A stretch of DNA of 64,000 nt from Psilocybe cubensis (Eukaryota). The stretch is taken from positions 1,426,001-1,490,000 of the forward strand of contig CM039006.1 in assembly GCA_017499595.2 (NCBI GenBank), in the 5' to 3' direction. Position numbers and translations under genes: made by a program. The notes below the pieces were generated by a model, which was not told the DNA's origin, ran no database searches, and was given only the letters and a program-made list of their open reading frames with translations. This document shows, piece by piece, positions 11,097-22,296 of this stretch (position 1 is the first letter of the stretch; each line of letters begins with the position of its first letter).

Positions 11097-11337
11097 ATGA
11101 AATCATAATGAAATCACCTCTACAGCTAATGAAATCAATTCTAAATATTAATGAAATACTTCAAGATAGAAATGAAATCGCAATGAAATCATTGATAATA
11201 GTGGAATGAAACAGCCTTCAATTGAAATGAAATCAAGCCAACAAGTAATGAAATCAATTGGTTTGATATCATATTTTTGTCTAGGAATGAAATGCCCAAT
11301 AGTAATCAAATCTCTAGATAAACAATGATATGAATTA
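11097..11337 (+). repeat. Cluster of about 10 ATGAAA(TC) direct repeats
   Basis: ATGAAA at 11097, 11108, 11129, 11151, 11172, 11183, 11206, 11227, 11248 and 11287. Confidence 0.8.
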
Positions 11338-11391
11338 CTGGGTAACAGTTTAGTTCGCCTGTAGACAGTTGTCTAGATATAATGATATAAA

Positions 11392-13899
11392 TTGAAGCTA
11401 CCAGTCCGAGAGGTTGAAACTGCTGCCCGAACGGCAGTTTGGCGGACGCCCCGGATGCACCACCGGCAACTCACTCCACCTGCTGATGAAATTTGCAAAA
11501 GACGCCTGGAGGAGAGGAGAGGAAGTGGCGGTGGTCTACATGGACGTGAAAGGTGCCTTTCCAAACACAGTCATACCGGTGTTGGAACACAACATGAGGT
11601 CAGTGGGGATACCGAAGGAGTACACGAGGTGGATAAGGAACAAGAGCGAAGGGAGAGAGACGGTCATCGCGTTCGACGACTTCACGTCGCAGCCCATCGC
11701 AGTCAAAAACGGCCTGGATCAAGGATGCAATCTAGCAATGTTAAGTTACAGGATATACAACGCGGGACAAATCAAAGCGATCAGGCAGAACAAGGTCGAG
11801 CTATCAACGAATTATGCAGACGACGCGTATGTGGCGGCGGCGGGGAAGACAATGAAGGAGGCAGTACAGAGGGTGGAGGAGCTCTTTCATAGAGAAGAAG
11901 GGCCCAGAGATTGGACAAAGTCACACTTCTCGGACTACCAGTACGAGAAGTTTGTATTCAAGGGACTCACGAGGAAGAGAGTGGTCGACCCAAACAACCC
12001 GAGGAAGAGGATCGCGCCACCTACGCCGAACATCAACCTTGATGGCCAACAAATCAAGGCAAAGAACATACATAAATTCCTGGGAGTGATGGTGGACAGC
12101 AAACTGAGGTTTAAGCAACACGCCGCGTACGCGATAGCCAAAGGAACAAAGATGGTCAATCAGACAAGGAGGCTGTCACGGATGGCGAAGGGGATGAGAG
12201 GAGATTACGCGAGGAGGCTGTATTACTCGAGTGTGGTAACCAGCATGCTATACGCAGCTGATGTATGGTGCCCGACGATGGCGGGAGGAAAGGGAGAAAG
12301 GGAGAAGGGCATGAAAGGAATGTTGAGGAAGATGGACAGTGTACAACGAAGGGCAGCGCTACAGGCAACAGGTGCACTGAGGACAACACCGACGGATCTA
12401 CTATTTGCACATGCAGACATGCCACCAACAAAAGATGTCATATGAAAAATGTGCAACGCGGCGGCGCTACGGATGGCGACGCTACCGGAATCGCACCTGC
12501 TACATCACGAGATAAAGAGAGCCAGGAAGATACAACCCAAACGGCACCCAGCACCTTTGCACCATGTCATGGCAGTGAGCAAAATATTCCAAAACGACTT
12601 CGAAATGATAGAAACCACCCCTAAGGCACCAAAGTGGGAATCACCAATGGACATATTGATAGCAAAGGACAGGAAGAGAGCAAAGGAAATGGACAAGGAA
12701 GACAACAGCGACATCAGGATCTACACGGACGGGTCAGGACTGGGAGGGAAGATAGGAGGAGCGGCGGTGATTTACGAACAGGGAAGGAGCACAAAGGTAG
12801 CGAGAGCGCATCTGGGCAGCGAGAAAGAGCACACGGTGTTCAAAGGGGAATGCGTGGGGCAGATACTGGGAATGCAACTCTTGGAGGACAGGCTCGAAGA
12901 AAGAAGACCAAACCAAACTGAGACAATTACAATAAGCATGGCGGTGGACAACCAGTTGTCCCTGACAAGACATAAAGCAAGGAAGCAGGGCCCAGGGTCA
13001 TACCTGATAGAGGAGGTGCAGTGGCAGTGGGCAAAAATCAGAAAGAAATACCCAAAAGCAAGGCTGAAAATGAGATGGGTCCCAGGACACGAGGACATCA
13101 AAGGAAGCGAGAGGGTTGACAGGGAAGCTAAACGAGCGATGAAAGGCGCAGACAGAAACACCGGCCCACAGAGAGGATGCCTGAAAAAGACCCAAACTGC
13201 GAGAACTGCGAGGACAATGTACCAGAGACAATCACACACTACTTGAAGCACTGCCGAGCGTACAAGGAAATAAGAGCAGAATGGAGGAAGGAGCTGGGAC
13301 CAGACCACCCAATCGGCGTAGGACTACTAGGAGAGCTCAAAACAATACAGAGCGTGCTGCGATACGTGAAAGCCACCAAAAGATTCAAAGAAACACATGG
13401 AGAAATAGTATGCGCCGAGAGGGAGACCGAGGAAGAAGAAGCGGAGAGGAGAGAAGAAGAAGAACTGGAACTAGAGGAAACCTGGGTCTAGGAGAAGAAC
13501 AATGGACGAGACCACGAAGAGAAAACAGCGCCGGCAACACTGTGAGGCAGGCCACAGCCCAACCACCACTTCCTTTCATTCCCGATGTACATATTTCATT
13601 TCACCTTCTAATGCAACATATTACACATTCTACTGTCCCATATTTGAATTTTCTACCTTCAACACATCTCCCCACCCATTTTACAATACCGTCGTATAAC
13701 ACAGTTACCTTACTTACAGCTACTATCACACACAGAGACATAATACGCACTACGTGCGAGGTGCTACCAAAGGAGGCCCACTACAACGTAGAGTTTGACA
13801 CCATAGGAATAGTATATTAAAAGTAGAACATACAGTAGGACGTCCAGCATAAGGCCTGACCTCAATGGACAATAAATAGGATTTAAAAAAAAAAAAAAA
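11392..13899 (+). mobile_element. 5'-truncated non-LTR retrotransposon (Tad1/I-like LINE): reverse transcriptase, RNase H, C-terminal zinc motif; inactive
   Basis: RT motifs QFGGRPG, DVKGAF, GLDQG and YADD; RNase H motifs IYTDGS and WVPGH; CxxC..ETITHYLKHC. In-frame TGA at 12443 and a frame shift near 13170. AATAAA at 13871 and an A15 tail at 13885-13899. Confidence 0.93.
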
Positions 13900-15528
13900 G
13901 TTGACGTCAGAGCTTGCAAAACAAACCGGCTGGTTTACAACAATTATTTTGGGAGGTCCACTTCCAAAGGATAACGGAAACATTTCTACCTTGATGTGAA
14001 TCTTTAGAACCGAGGGCAAGAACAGGGTTCTAAGCGCTTGAACCAGATACCATCACAGTACAGATAAGGATGGGAGAGACTTTGGAGCTTACGTCGGTAA
14101 AGAGGATTTCGAGTTGAGCATTAGCCGAAAGTTCGACGACTTTCTACATGAGGCTTTTGGTGAGTGGATATAACTGAAGACTGTTTACGCACCTTCTAAC
14201 CAAGTCATAGATTATTGTGACCGCCTTGCTTGGGCAATATCCAAAGAAAGCATGTCCAACAAGAGCAACAAAGAAGAGTCCAATTCTGAGAGCGAGGAGC
14301 AAAAGGTTTCCAAACCTATGCCCCAAAAGAAAGAGCCAAAGCAAAATCAGCAGGAGGTGTCCAAGTATGAGGCAACAAAACAAAAGAATATTGAGCAAAA
14401 TAAGGTGTTACTGAGGGAGCTAGGCCTTGACAACATTGGGACGAAGATGAAGAAGGGGGGATTGAAAACATGGGATGAAAATGAACCCACCTCTAAAAAG
14501 GACCCGTCTACCCCCAGCAACGTTCATACATTCCCACGTCAACCGTACGTGTGATTAATTAATTGGTCAACAGCAAAGCGTAGATGCTGATGGATGGCTC
14601 TGATAGGTCGACATCTAGCAAATCTGGCGTACCCAATGTTGAGAAATCAACTGCCAGTGTCAAAGAAAAAGACCTCGGTGACACGTCTGTGAGTTTCACG
14701 GTTGTCATATAAAAATCTGGTTTCTCACCATTTTTCACATAGCCCCAGTCTCCTACTAAGGCCAATCAATCTACTGGAGTAGTACCCAACGTAGTCAATT
14801 CGGTGTTGCATGATAATCTTGAAGACATTGCTGGCATCTCTATTGCAACTACTAAAGACAATGCAAAAGTCAGCATTCAGGTCATCAGGGAAGTGAATTC
14901 AAACGCTGACCTACCGAGAGACAATGATCTCGCCACCGCAAATCCAGATATGGATGTAGACCCAAAATCTGATGATAGGTGCCTGCGCAGAGATGCCGGG
15001 GTCAGTGTTGATAACGCTGCCGTGGGAATAGCCCCTCAAACCTTCCACGTTCAATCACCCTCACCGTCTGCTTCGCCAACCACGCTTAGTGCTGCCACTA
15101 CACCTGCACCACCTCCAACCTCTACCCCATTGACTGCTCCTCCAACTCTTGCAGCCACAGCCGATCCATTAACTTTCCTTGCCTCTCTTGACGACAACCT
15201 CAAAGGCGCCCCCTCTTTCTTATCTTTGAATGTGATCCAGTATCTTCAAGGTTTATCCAATCACACAAGTTGGCAGGAGTTGGTGTCGCTGTATCTGGAA
15301 TTTGAGAAAGGGAATCCTACCCTAAGAGTACGTTCTTTTTGCTACTGTTATTTTTTTAGCTTCACTTTTCTCTTTCAGAAACTCTCGACCGCAATGCGTC
15401 CACGCAAAGTGGCCCCTTGGATCAAAAGGCATCTAAACAAGAAGCATGACCCTGTCCCTGTCAACAAAGCAAATTACGGTCAACGATTCCGCGATTGGTG
15501 GTCCTCAAATCAGTTGAGGGGTTGGTAA
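13900..15528 (+). pseudogene. Remnant of a transposon accessory gene of the type seen in KDZ-type elements; truncated at both ends
   Basis: Starts right after the LINE poly(A): ELAKQTGWFTTIILGGPLP, GRDFG..FDDFLHEAF, SKYEATKQKNIEQNKVLLRELGL and RPRKVAPWIKRH...FRDWWSSNQ, joined by GT-AG introns. Family link is from recollection. Confidence 0.55.
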
Positions 15529-15704
15529 TGGGATATTACTGAGATATTGTTGGTTTTTGATAGACTTGGAGGTGTTATCATGCATGAGGACAATCTGTGA
15601 AAATTGCAGTAGTTCTATCACTCCTATATGGCTGCCCAAGTGGGGAAATATTCCCCGTAAATATAATTTGCTTATTTTTGAGAAGTCCGTCAAGAATAAA
15701 AAAA

Positions 15705-15939
15705 AGTTGTGCGCGGAAACATTTTTTTGGTGCGCAGATTGCTTTCTGGGGTAGTTTGAAGATTCCGTGAACACAATTTGCTGCGCGGAAACATATTTCA
15801 GACATATATTACAAGCCCGAGTACATTATTTCTACCCCAAATTATACTTTATGTGTAAATTACCTGCGCGTAAATACATTTTGTGCGCTGAACAAACCTT
15901 GTGATGCGCGGAAAACATTGTTAATTCTTGCCCAAAGTG
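15705..15939 (+). repeat. GCGCGGAAA(C) direct-repeat cluster ending at ...CAAAGTG, possible transposon subterminal region
   Basis: Exact GCGCGGAAA at 15711, 15784 and 15906; degenerate copies at 15732, 15866 and 15885. Confidence 0.5.
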
Positions 15940-15989
15940 GCCAGCCGCAATTGCCGTGATTATGTAAATTGATCCATTATGGCACTTTG

Positions 15990-16124
15990 GCACACTCTCA
16001 GGGCCCATGAGACAAGGACAAGGGAGATCTAGAGGATCTAAAGGGATGCAGGTGAAGGCATATACACGCATCGTGGTGACGATTGTGGAGTCATCCGCGG
16101 TGTATGCGGTCGCGCTGTTCATGT
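15990..16124 (+). pseudogene. Short fragment of an agaricomycete membrane-protein gene
   Basis: YTRIVVTIVESSAVYAVALF resembles the Y..I..I.VES.A.Y transmembrane motif of an expanded basidiomycete family. No other exons are nearby. Confidence 0.45.
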
Positions 16125-16127
16125 TTG

Positions 16128-18345
16128 ACAACCGCCTGTGCCAGCTCACGACGAGGATTCGGAGACGGATTCTGATCATGATGGACAGGCGCTACCTATT
16201 CCACCTAGGCGTCCAGTAGTGCCTCGTATCGCCCCCCCCACCGTTTAGTTCTTCGCAGGAGGAAGGTGGGCAGCAGCAGCAGCCTTCTCAAACCATATCT
16301 CCTCCTGAGCAAAGTACGCCTTCTCTGTCGGTCTCGGGTTCGGAAGAGATACTTGACAAAGAGGAAGGCGGTACGTGATTATTCAATTTTCACGAGCACA
16401 ACTATCCTAATTACTCAACTTTCCTTTCGTCTTACAGACCCCATAGACCCGGCATTCCATAGCCCAAGCAGGCAAACCTCATTTGTAAACCTCCGTAGTA
16501 TTTCTCAAGCGCAAGAGGAAATCGATGCCCAATCTCCTATTTCACCGTCAATTGGCCGATCATCCCTGGTACATTCGCCTGTTGTTGCACCTCCAGCTGC
16601 ACCTCCATCTGCTGCTCCTCATGATGATGATGATGCCAAAGAGGATGTAGAACAATTACGCCGCAAGACAATCGCTGAGCGCATGGCCAAATTGGGTGGT
16701 ATTCGATTTGGCGCTGCACCTATCCCTACCCCCATCAGTCGACCACCACCTCGACAGTCTGAGGAAGAAGATCAAAAAGAGGGTGAAAGTTCAGCTGCAG
16801 TAGACGAAGAACCTGCAGTGCCACTTTCTGAAGAAGAAGAGGAGCGAGCGCGGAAGGAACGGATTGCAGCCAAATTGGCTACGATGGGTGGAATGAGGAT
16901 TGGGATGATGATGGGTGCTGGTGGATTGCCTCCTCTGCCCCCGAGATTGCATATGGTGAAAGAGGAGAATGTTGACAGAGCTTCTGCGCCTGCACCTGCT
17001 GTCCCACCCGCGCCACCCACCCGCGCTGTACCTCTCTCACGGCCCCCTCCGCCTCCAGCTGCCCCTGTGCAGTCGGCCCAAGATACAGACTCTGAGTATG
17101 GAAGCGTAGCTGCTTCTGAAGAAGGTGTCAAGGTTGAGGCTGGTGAAAGTGAGGCCGAGGAATCTGGATACGAACATGTCGAAGAGGCTCCTCCTCCAGT
17201 ACCATCACGAGCTGCTTGCCCGTCTATCAACAGACAATCTACAGGACCTTCTTCTCCACCTTCCAGGCCACCTGTACCGACCGCCTTGCCGATGAGGCGA
17301 TCTAGCACATTGCAGAGCTCCACCTCTACGAGAAATGTATCAGGTGGAGATGGGGCGTCGAGTCCTCCCCATAGGGCGCCGCAAATGCCTCACACTGAAT
17401 ATGTTATGGTTGAAGAACCGGAAAGTCAAGAGGCTCCTCCACCGCCTCCAGCCAGGCCTGCCGCTCGCCCTCCTCCATCACGGTCTGCTCCTCAGGCACC
17501 ACAACCACCACCTATGCTCCAGCGTCCCGACCTGGGAGATAGCATATCCTTGCAATGGGAGCTCCCGTCAATCCCTAATTCCAGTCTCGATTTCAGTGGT
17601 GCCTCGGATTTGACAATGTCGTGGACAGATGCTGGCGCCGAACCAACCTCTCCTGTAGTGGCGGCACAACCATCTTCTCCACCCGCCCCTCCACCGCCAA
17701 CCAAACCACCTGCTCCTCTAGCTAACAATCGACAATTGTCCGCCGACGAGCTGATCGCGTTGTGGGGCCGCGTTGGCGTGCAGGTTTGCAAGGTTGCTAC
17801 GTCGCTCTTCGAGAAATCGCACAAGACGCTCATCGGGGACGGGTCCTACGCCGGATTCGTGCGCGAGGTGCTTGCAGCGGTGCCCAACGCCGCACCCGCG
17901 CCCACAGCTGCTGGAGAGCCGTACGGTTATACAATATACGGTTATACAATATACGTGCAGAACGGGCCGGCGGTGGTGAAACGCGTCAGCGATATTATGC
18001 CGGGCAATTTGGTGGAGATTCAGGATGCAAAGCTCAAGGGGCACAAGGGGCTGCAGACGTATCATCAGTCCGTGGGTGCGGCGGGTGAGACGTTGGTGGG
18101 CGTTGTGGGCGAATTCGAAGCGAAAAAGTCGAAAATCAGGGTGTTTCAGGCAAATCAGCATGTTGGACAGCAGGTATGCAGCGCTCTTTGCAATTTGTAT
18201 CATTCTGAATATTTCCTAGACAGTCGAGTCTGTCAGTTACCGTTTGGAAGACCTCAAGAGCGGACTTGTCAAGGTTTGTCCTTTTTATTCTCGCTTTTTC
18301 CACAATTCTGACAGATTTTAGGTTTATCGTGTTCTCGATGCATAG
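16128..18345 (+). pseudogene. 5'-truncated Bbc1/Mti1-like (myosin-tail interacting) gene with Pro-rich region and C-terminal BBC1/AIM3-type domain
   Basis: RRKTIAERMAKLGGIRFG, RKERIAAKLATMGGMRIG, LWGRVGVQV...KLKGHKGLQTYHQSVG...VFQANQHVGQQ, TVESVSYRLEDLKSG, VYRVLDA*. No start exon is visible; frameshift in the C8 run at 16232-16239. Confidence 0.7.
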
Positions 18346-18567
18346 TCGATATTCCTATTCTTGGATTTATGTTTTCAATTGTACCTCTCTCTGTAATACT
18401 ATTTGACATGCATGGGTATCATAAAGTACAACGCCCAAAAACCCCCAAAGAAGAAAAAGAAAACAAAAGGTGTCCACAGATAGAAATCTGGACTTGTTCT
18501 GGATCATCAGTTTAAACGCCTTACGAAGATCTTGAGGCCTTGAAGGAAAAGAGAGAAACATCATCAG

Positions 18568-19509
18568 TCACTTAATCAGAGGTCTTACACCAGTTCCACC
18601 GTCCTTGAGGCTCCCTGGGTAGGATTCCATGGCTTTGTGATATTCAGCTAGAGGAGAAGAGTTGAGAGGGTGTTCAAGTTTGCGAATGGGATGTGACGTA
18701 CAGACCTTGTGCATTTTGGCCAGCCTTCTCTCTGTCCCCCTTGTTTATACTCAGCTCCCCATCGAGCTTTAGTTTCTTTGTTGGAGACTCGTCAGTTTCA
18801 GGCGTGGTTGTGTCTGATGCGGCGGATTGGATGGTTGTAGGAGGTGGTCGCTTTCCTCTGGTTTTCTGGGTACGATATGGGTGAGTCCACTTGATCAAAA
18901 CAATTGAAGGACGATATAGAACTGACGAAGCGATCTGCAAAATGTTTCTTCCTATATCACCGTCAATATGAATGACAGAGAGTAAAAAAGGAGGACTACA
19001 CCGCTCGACGTCTGTTACACCGACCTTTCGAGGGCTTCTTTTTCTTTCTTTTTATCCTCTTCTTCCTGTAGATCCCAAAGTGAGTAAGTTATATATAAAT
19101 GCTAATATTTTCACAAACCTTCATAGACCGTCGTATCCTGTCCAGAAACGAACCATCATTGGAGAACACATTAGGGGGTTTCGCCCCTTTGGGTTTTGGC
19201 TTTGGAATATAGTCCGTTGACGCCACTCCACCACCGGAACTCGCACTGGGGGCCGGTGAGCCTGTACGTTCCGTCAGAGCTTGCAGATCTAGACATGTAA
19301 GCGTAATTGCGTTTTTCCCTACTGTCGCAAATGTTAAAACAGTGGTCGAAGGCAGGAAAGACCTGGAAAATTCTGGCAGGGTCATGGGATAAACATGTCA
19401 AAACAATTACCTGTGACTCAGTGTAGAACTTGACGATGGCTCGAAGCTTAGATTTTGAGACTTTCAAAATGACAAAGGGGTATGCAAAGGAGAGGTAAAT
19501 CTCACACAT
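18568..19509 (-). CDS. Small TRIR/C19orf43-like protein (multi-exon)
   Basis: PNVFSNDGSFLDRI motif, charged coiled coil and C-terminal LKDGGTGVRPLIK*. The 5' exons are tentative. Confidence 0.68.
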
Positions 19510-19690
19510 GAAAGTTTAAAGCAATTGATTAAGACAAAGGTAACAAAAATGATGAAAACAATTGCAAAATTTAAAGACGACAAAAGAAAAATGCGTGTGC
19601 TGAAAGATTGAGTAGGTCTTTAGGCGGGTATACTGACTACTTGGTCTGTGATCGCATGTTAGGATACATTGACTCTGATTCATGAGATAC

Positions 19691-22296
19691 CTAAGGTGCA
19701 GGGCCGGAAGGACGATATGGCGTATCATCGGAATGCTTCCGTTTCTTCCTTGGTTGGCGCGAGGGAGATCCATCCAAACCAGAATTATACGTGGAGGCAA
19801 CAGGATTATCGAGCTCAATATGGGGTGCTGGAGATCTGGGATGCTTTTCACCCTTTCCGGCCTTCGGCGGATTGAGGTAGTCGTGCCACCCGGGAGTATT
19901 GTTTGGCCAATCCTTGTTGAGATACTCCTTGAAAGTAGATTCCAAAAGTTGATAAAGCTGTACTCCGAGCTCGTTGGTTTCGCGGTCAAAAGCTTCTCGA
20001 GCCTGTCCATAAGTATATTGTTGGTTTCCCATAAGTTGTTTGATGCGTTTGCGAGGCTCCGAAACATGGTCACCATATCTAGAAATAATGTTTGCAAAAA
20101 GGGTATCTATGAGATCCGTTAGCGGTTCATTGTCGGTAACAACGAAGACTTTGAAGCTAAAACGATTGCCGGTGACGAAGGATTGTTTGCCTGCCCCGCC
20201 TGTGTTTAATTCGCCTGGGACATCTCGGTCAACTTGATCAAATATCCTCTCCATTACTGATTGTAACCTTATAGGCACAATGCTGGTCTTCATGTACCGC
20301 ATTACGGAGTAAAGAAGGGCCCAAATAAAAGACTCGGCGTCGTCGATGCAGTGGTGAACCTTTGACGGGTCCTCGAGAAGTCCTATTGACATGAACTGCC
20401 ACGTTCCCTGGTAATGGTACATTTTTAGCCGCAGGTCATCACCGGAGCAAATCAAATCACTCACCGACCGAGATTGCTGCCTCTTGTCCTTGAGAGGAGT
20501 ATGTGTTTCAATGTTGTAGCGCGCTGCCAGGTCCCAGTCATTCAGCACTCCGCCGTTACCGTCTCTCCTCCTCAGGATATTTCCTAGGCTCACGTCTCGG
20601 TGTAGAATCCCACAGAGCTGGTATGCATCCTGGTGGGCTATTGCGAGATAGATGAGCATCAATCATGAACATAATTGCATGCTTACCGATTACAGCGTCA
20701 TAGACAGCCTCAACCAGCTGCTTTGGGTTCTCGAATTCCCAGAGAGGAAGACCGACAATATCTTCGACAAACCGAATGTGCACTCTCGTTATAATATCCT
20801 TCGCAACTCCACCTGCATTCCATAGCGCTTTGGTATAATCCTGGGTGATTGTCCTATGGCCAGGTATGTCGTCGCCGTAGAGGTATTGTGGTACGTTTCG
20901 GACACCATGTTTGTTCAAAGTCTGAAGTATGTCTGTTTCCTTTTCCATACCTTCCCCACACAATCTCCAGGAATCCTTCAGAAAAACAATGTCTTCCCCC
21001 TCGGGACGGCTAGGATCCCACGCCGGGTATCCTCGTGTTGCTCGTCCAATAACGGTATTGGGTTCTGAAAGGGACCCCCACACATACACAGTGTGTAATT
21101 TTTTGACTGGATCAGCAACAGTTGACGTTGGCATTGTGGGCGCAGGGACCTTTGCTGGCACAGATTGTTCCGGAACATCCATTGCATAGACACGCTTGCT
21201 GCCACTCGCAGGTTGCCAGGCGCTCAGCTTTTTTCGTGCCATCATAGCTTTCACGTCATCGATTGGTAAGACACGAACAGTCGTATCAAACCCACGGGCT
21301 TCGTCAGTTGTTTGGGAATAGTACCACAGGAAGTCTAGGAGCAAATCACCATGCTTTTTGAAGTTAATCCTTTCTGATACTAGACCTCCTGAGCGATCAA
21401 AGCGAATGATGCGGGCATAGCAGCCCCCAATGTAGACAACATAGCAGTGGGTACGATGTTGTCGGTGCATCATGATTCGGGCATAGTTAGTGATCTGCCC
21501 CCGGCATTGAGAGCGCCCATTAGGAGTAGCCTCAAAAGGACGCTCAGAAGCTTGCCCTACAACACCTGAGACCTTAATAGCTCTAGAATCGAATGGGTCG
21601 ACAGTATTTTGTTGTGGCTTGAACTCGAAGACAAGCTCCATCTCACGGTAGATGGTTACATTGTCCAAGTTAACTGTATCCTTGTATGCCGCCAGATCGG
21701 GTTTGCTCTTCATATCCTTAACGACCGCTCGATCTGCATAATTTGATGTGTTGACCAATTTGAACCCAGGCATAGCGTTTATCTTGGCGACCTTCTCAAT
21801 CTGAGCGGTAGTCAAGGAGTTAATAACATGAAAGAAATAAGCTATAAGAATGACGTACAAATGGGTCATACATGGTATTTTCTTTTTCGTCGACCACAAA
21901 GCCTGAGAAGTAATCCATAGAAAAGGTAGGTTTGATTTTAAGGCTTTCTTTGGTGACGGGCAGAAGCTCCAATAGTTCATTGAATGGCATAGGCCCCACA
22001 AAGTGGTCTCGGATGTTCTCGACCATTTTTTTCTTCACCTGACTGGCACTGGGTACAATTTCAGAGGCGAAACGTCCTGAGCCCGAGTATGTATTTTTTA
22101 TAGGGGTTGACTTAAAGGCAGCTACTGTGGAATTTTGGGCAGCCGAAGATTCAGACTGTAATGGAGTTGGAGTTGGGGCGACTGCCGAACCACTACTTTC
22201 AGTGGTCCAAGCAGACTTGGAGTCTGGGGCAACGAGATCTGAAAGAGGCAGCGGGGAATCATTGTTAGGGGAGGGGCTCAACGACGGCGACGACAT
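19691..22296 (-). CDS. Fungal-type protein kinase (FunK1 / Pkinase_fungal)
   Basis: RGQITNYA, QHRTH, IIRFDRSG, IGRATRGY, FLKDSWR, GILHRDVSLGNIL, GVLNDWDLA, GTWQFMS and DDAESF; three introns. Confidence 0.92.

Noticed and set aside
15932-15990. 11-bp inverted repeat CCAAAGTG(G)CCA / TGGCACTTTGG
   Set aside because: Short, imperfect and without a TSD; not enough to call a separate element.
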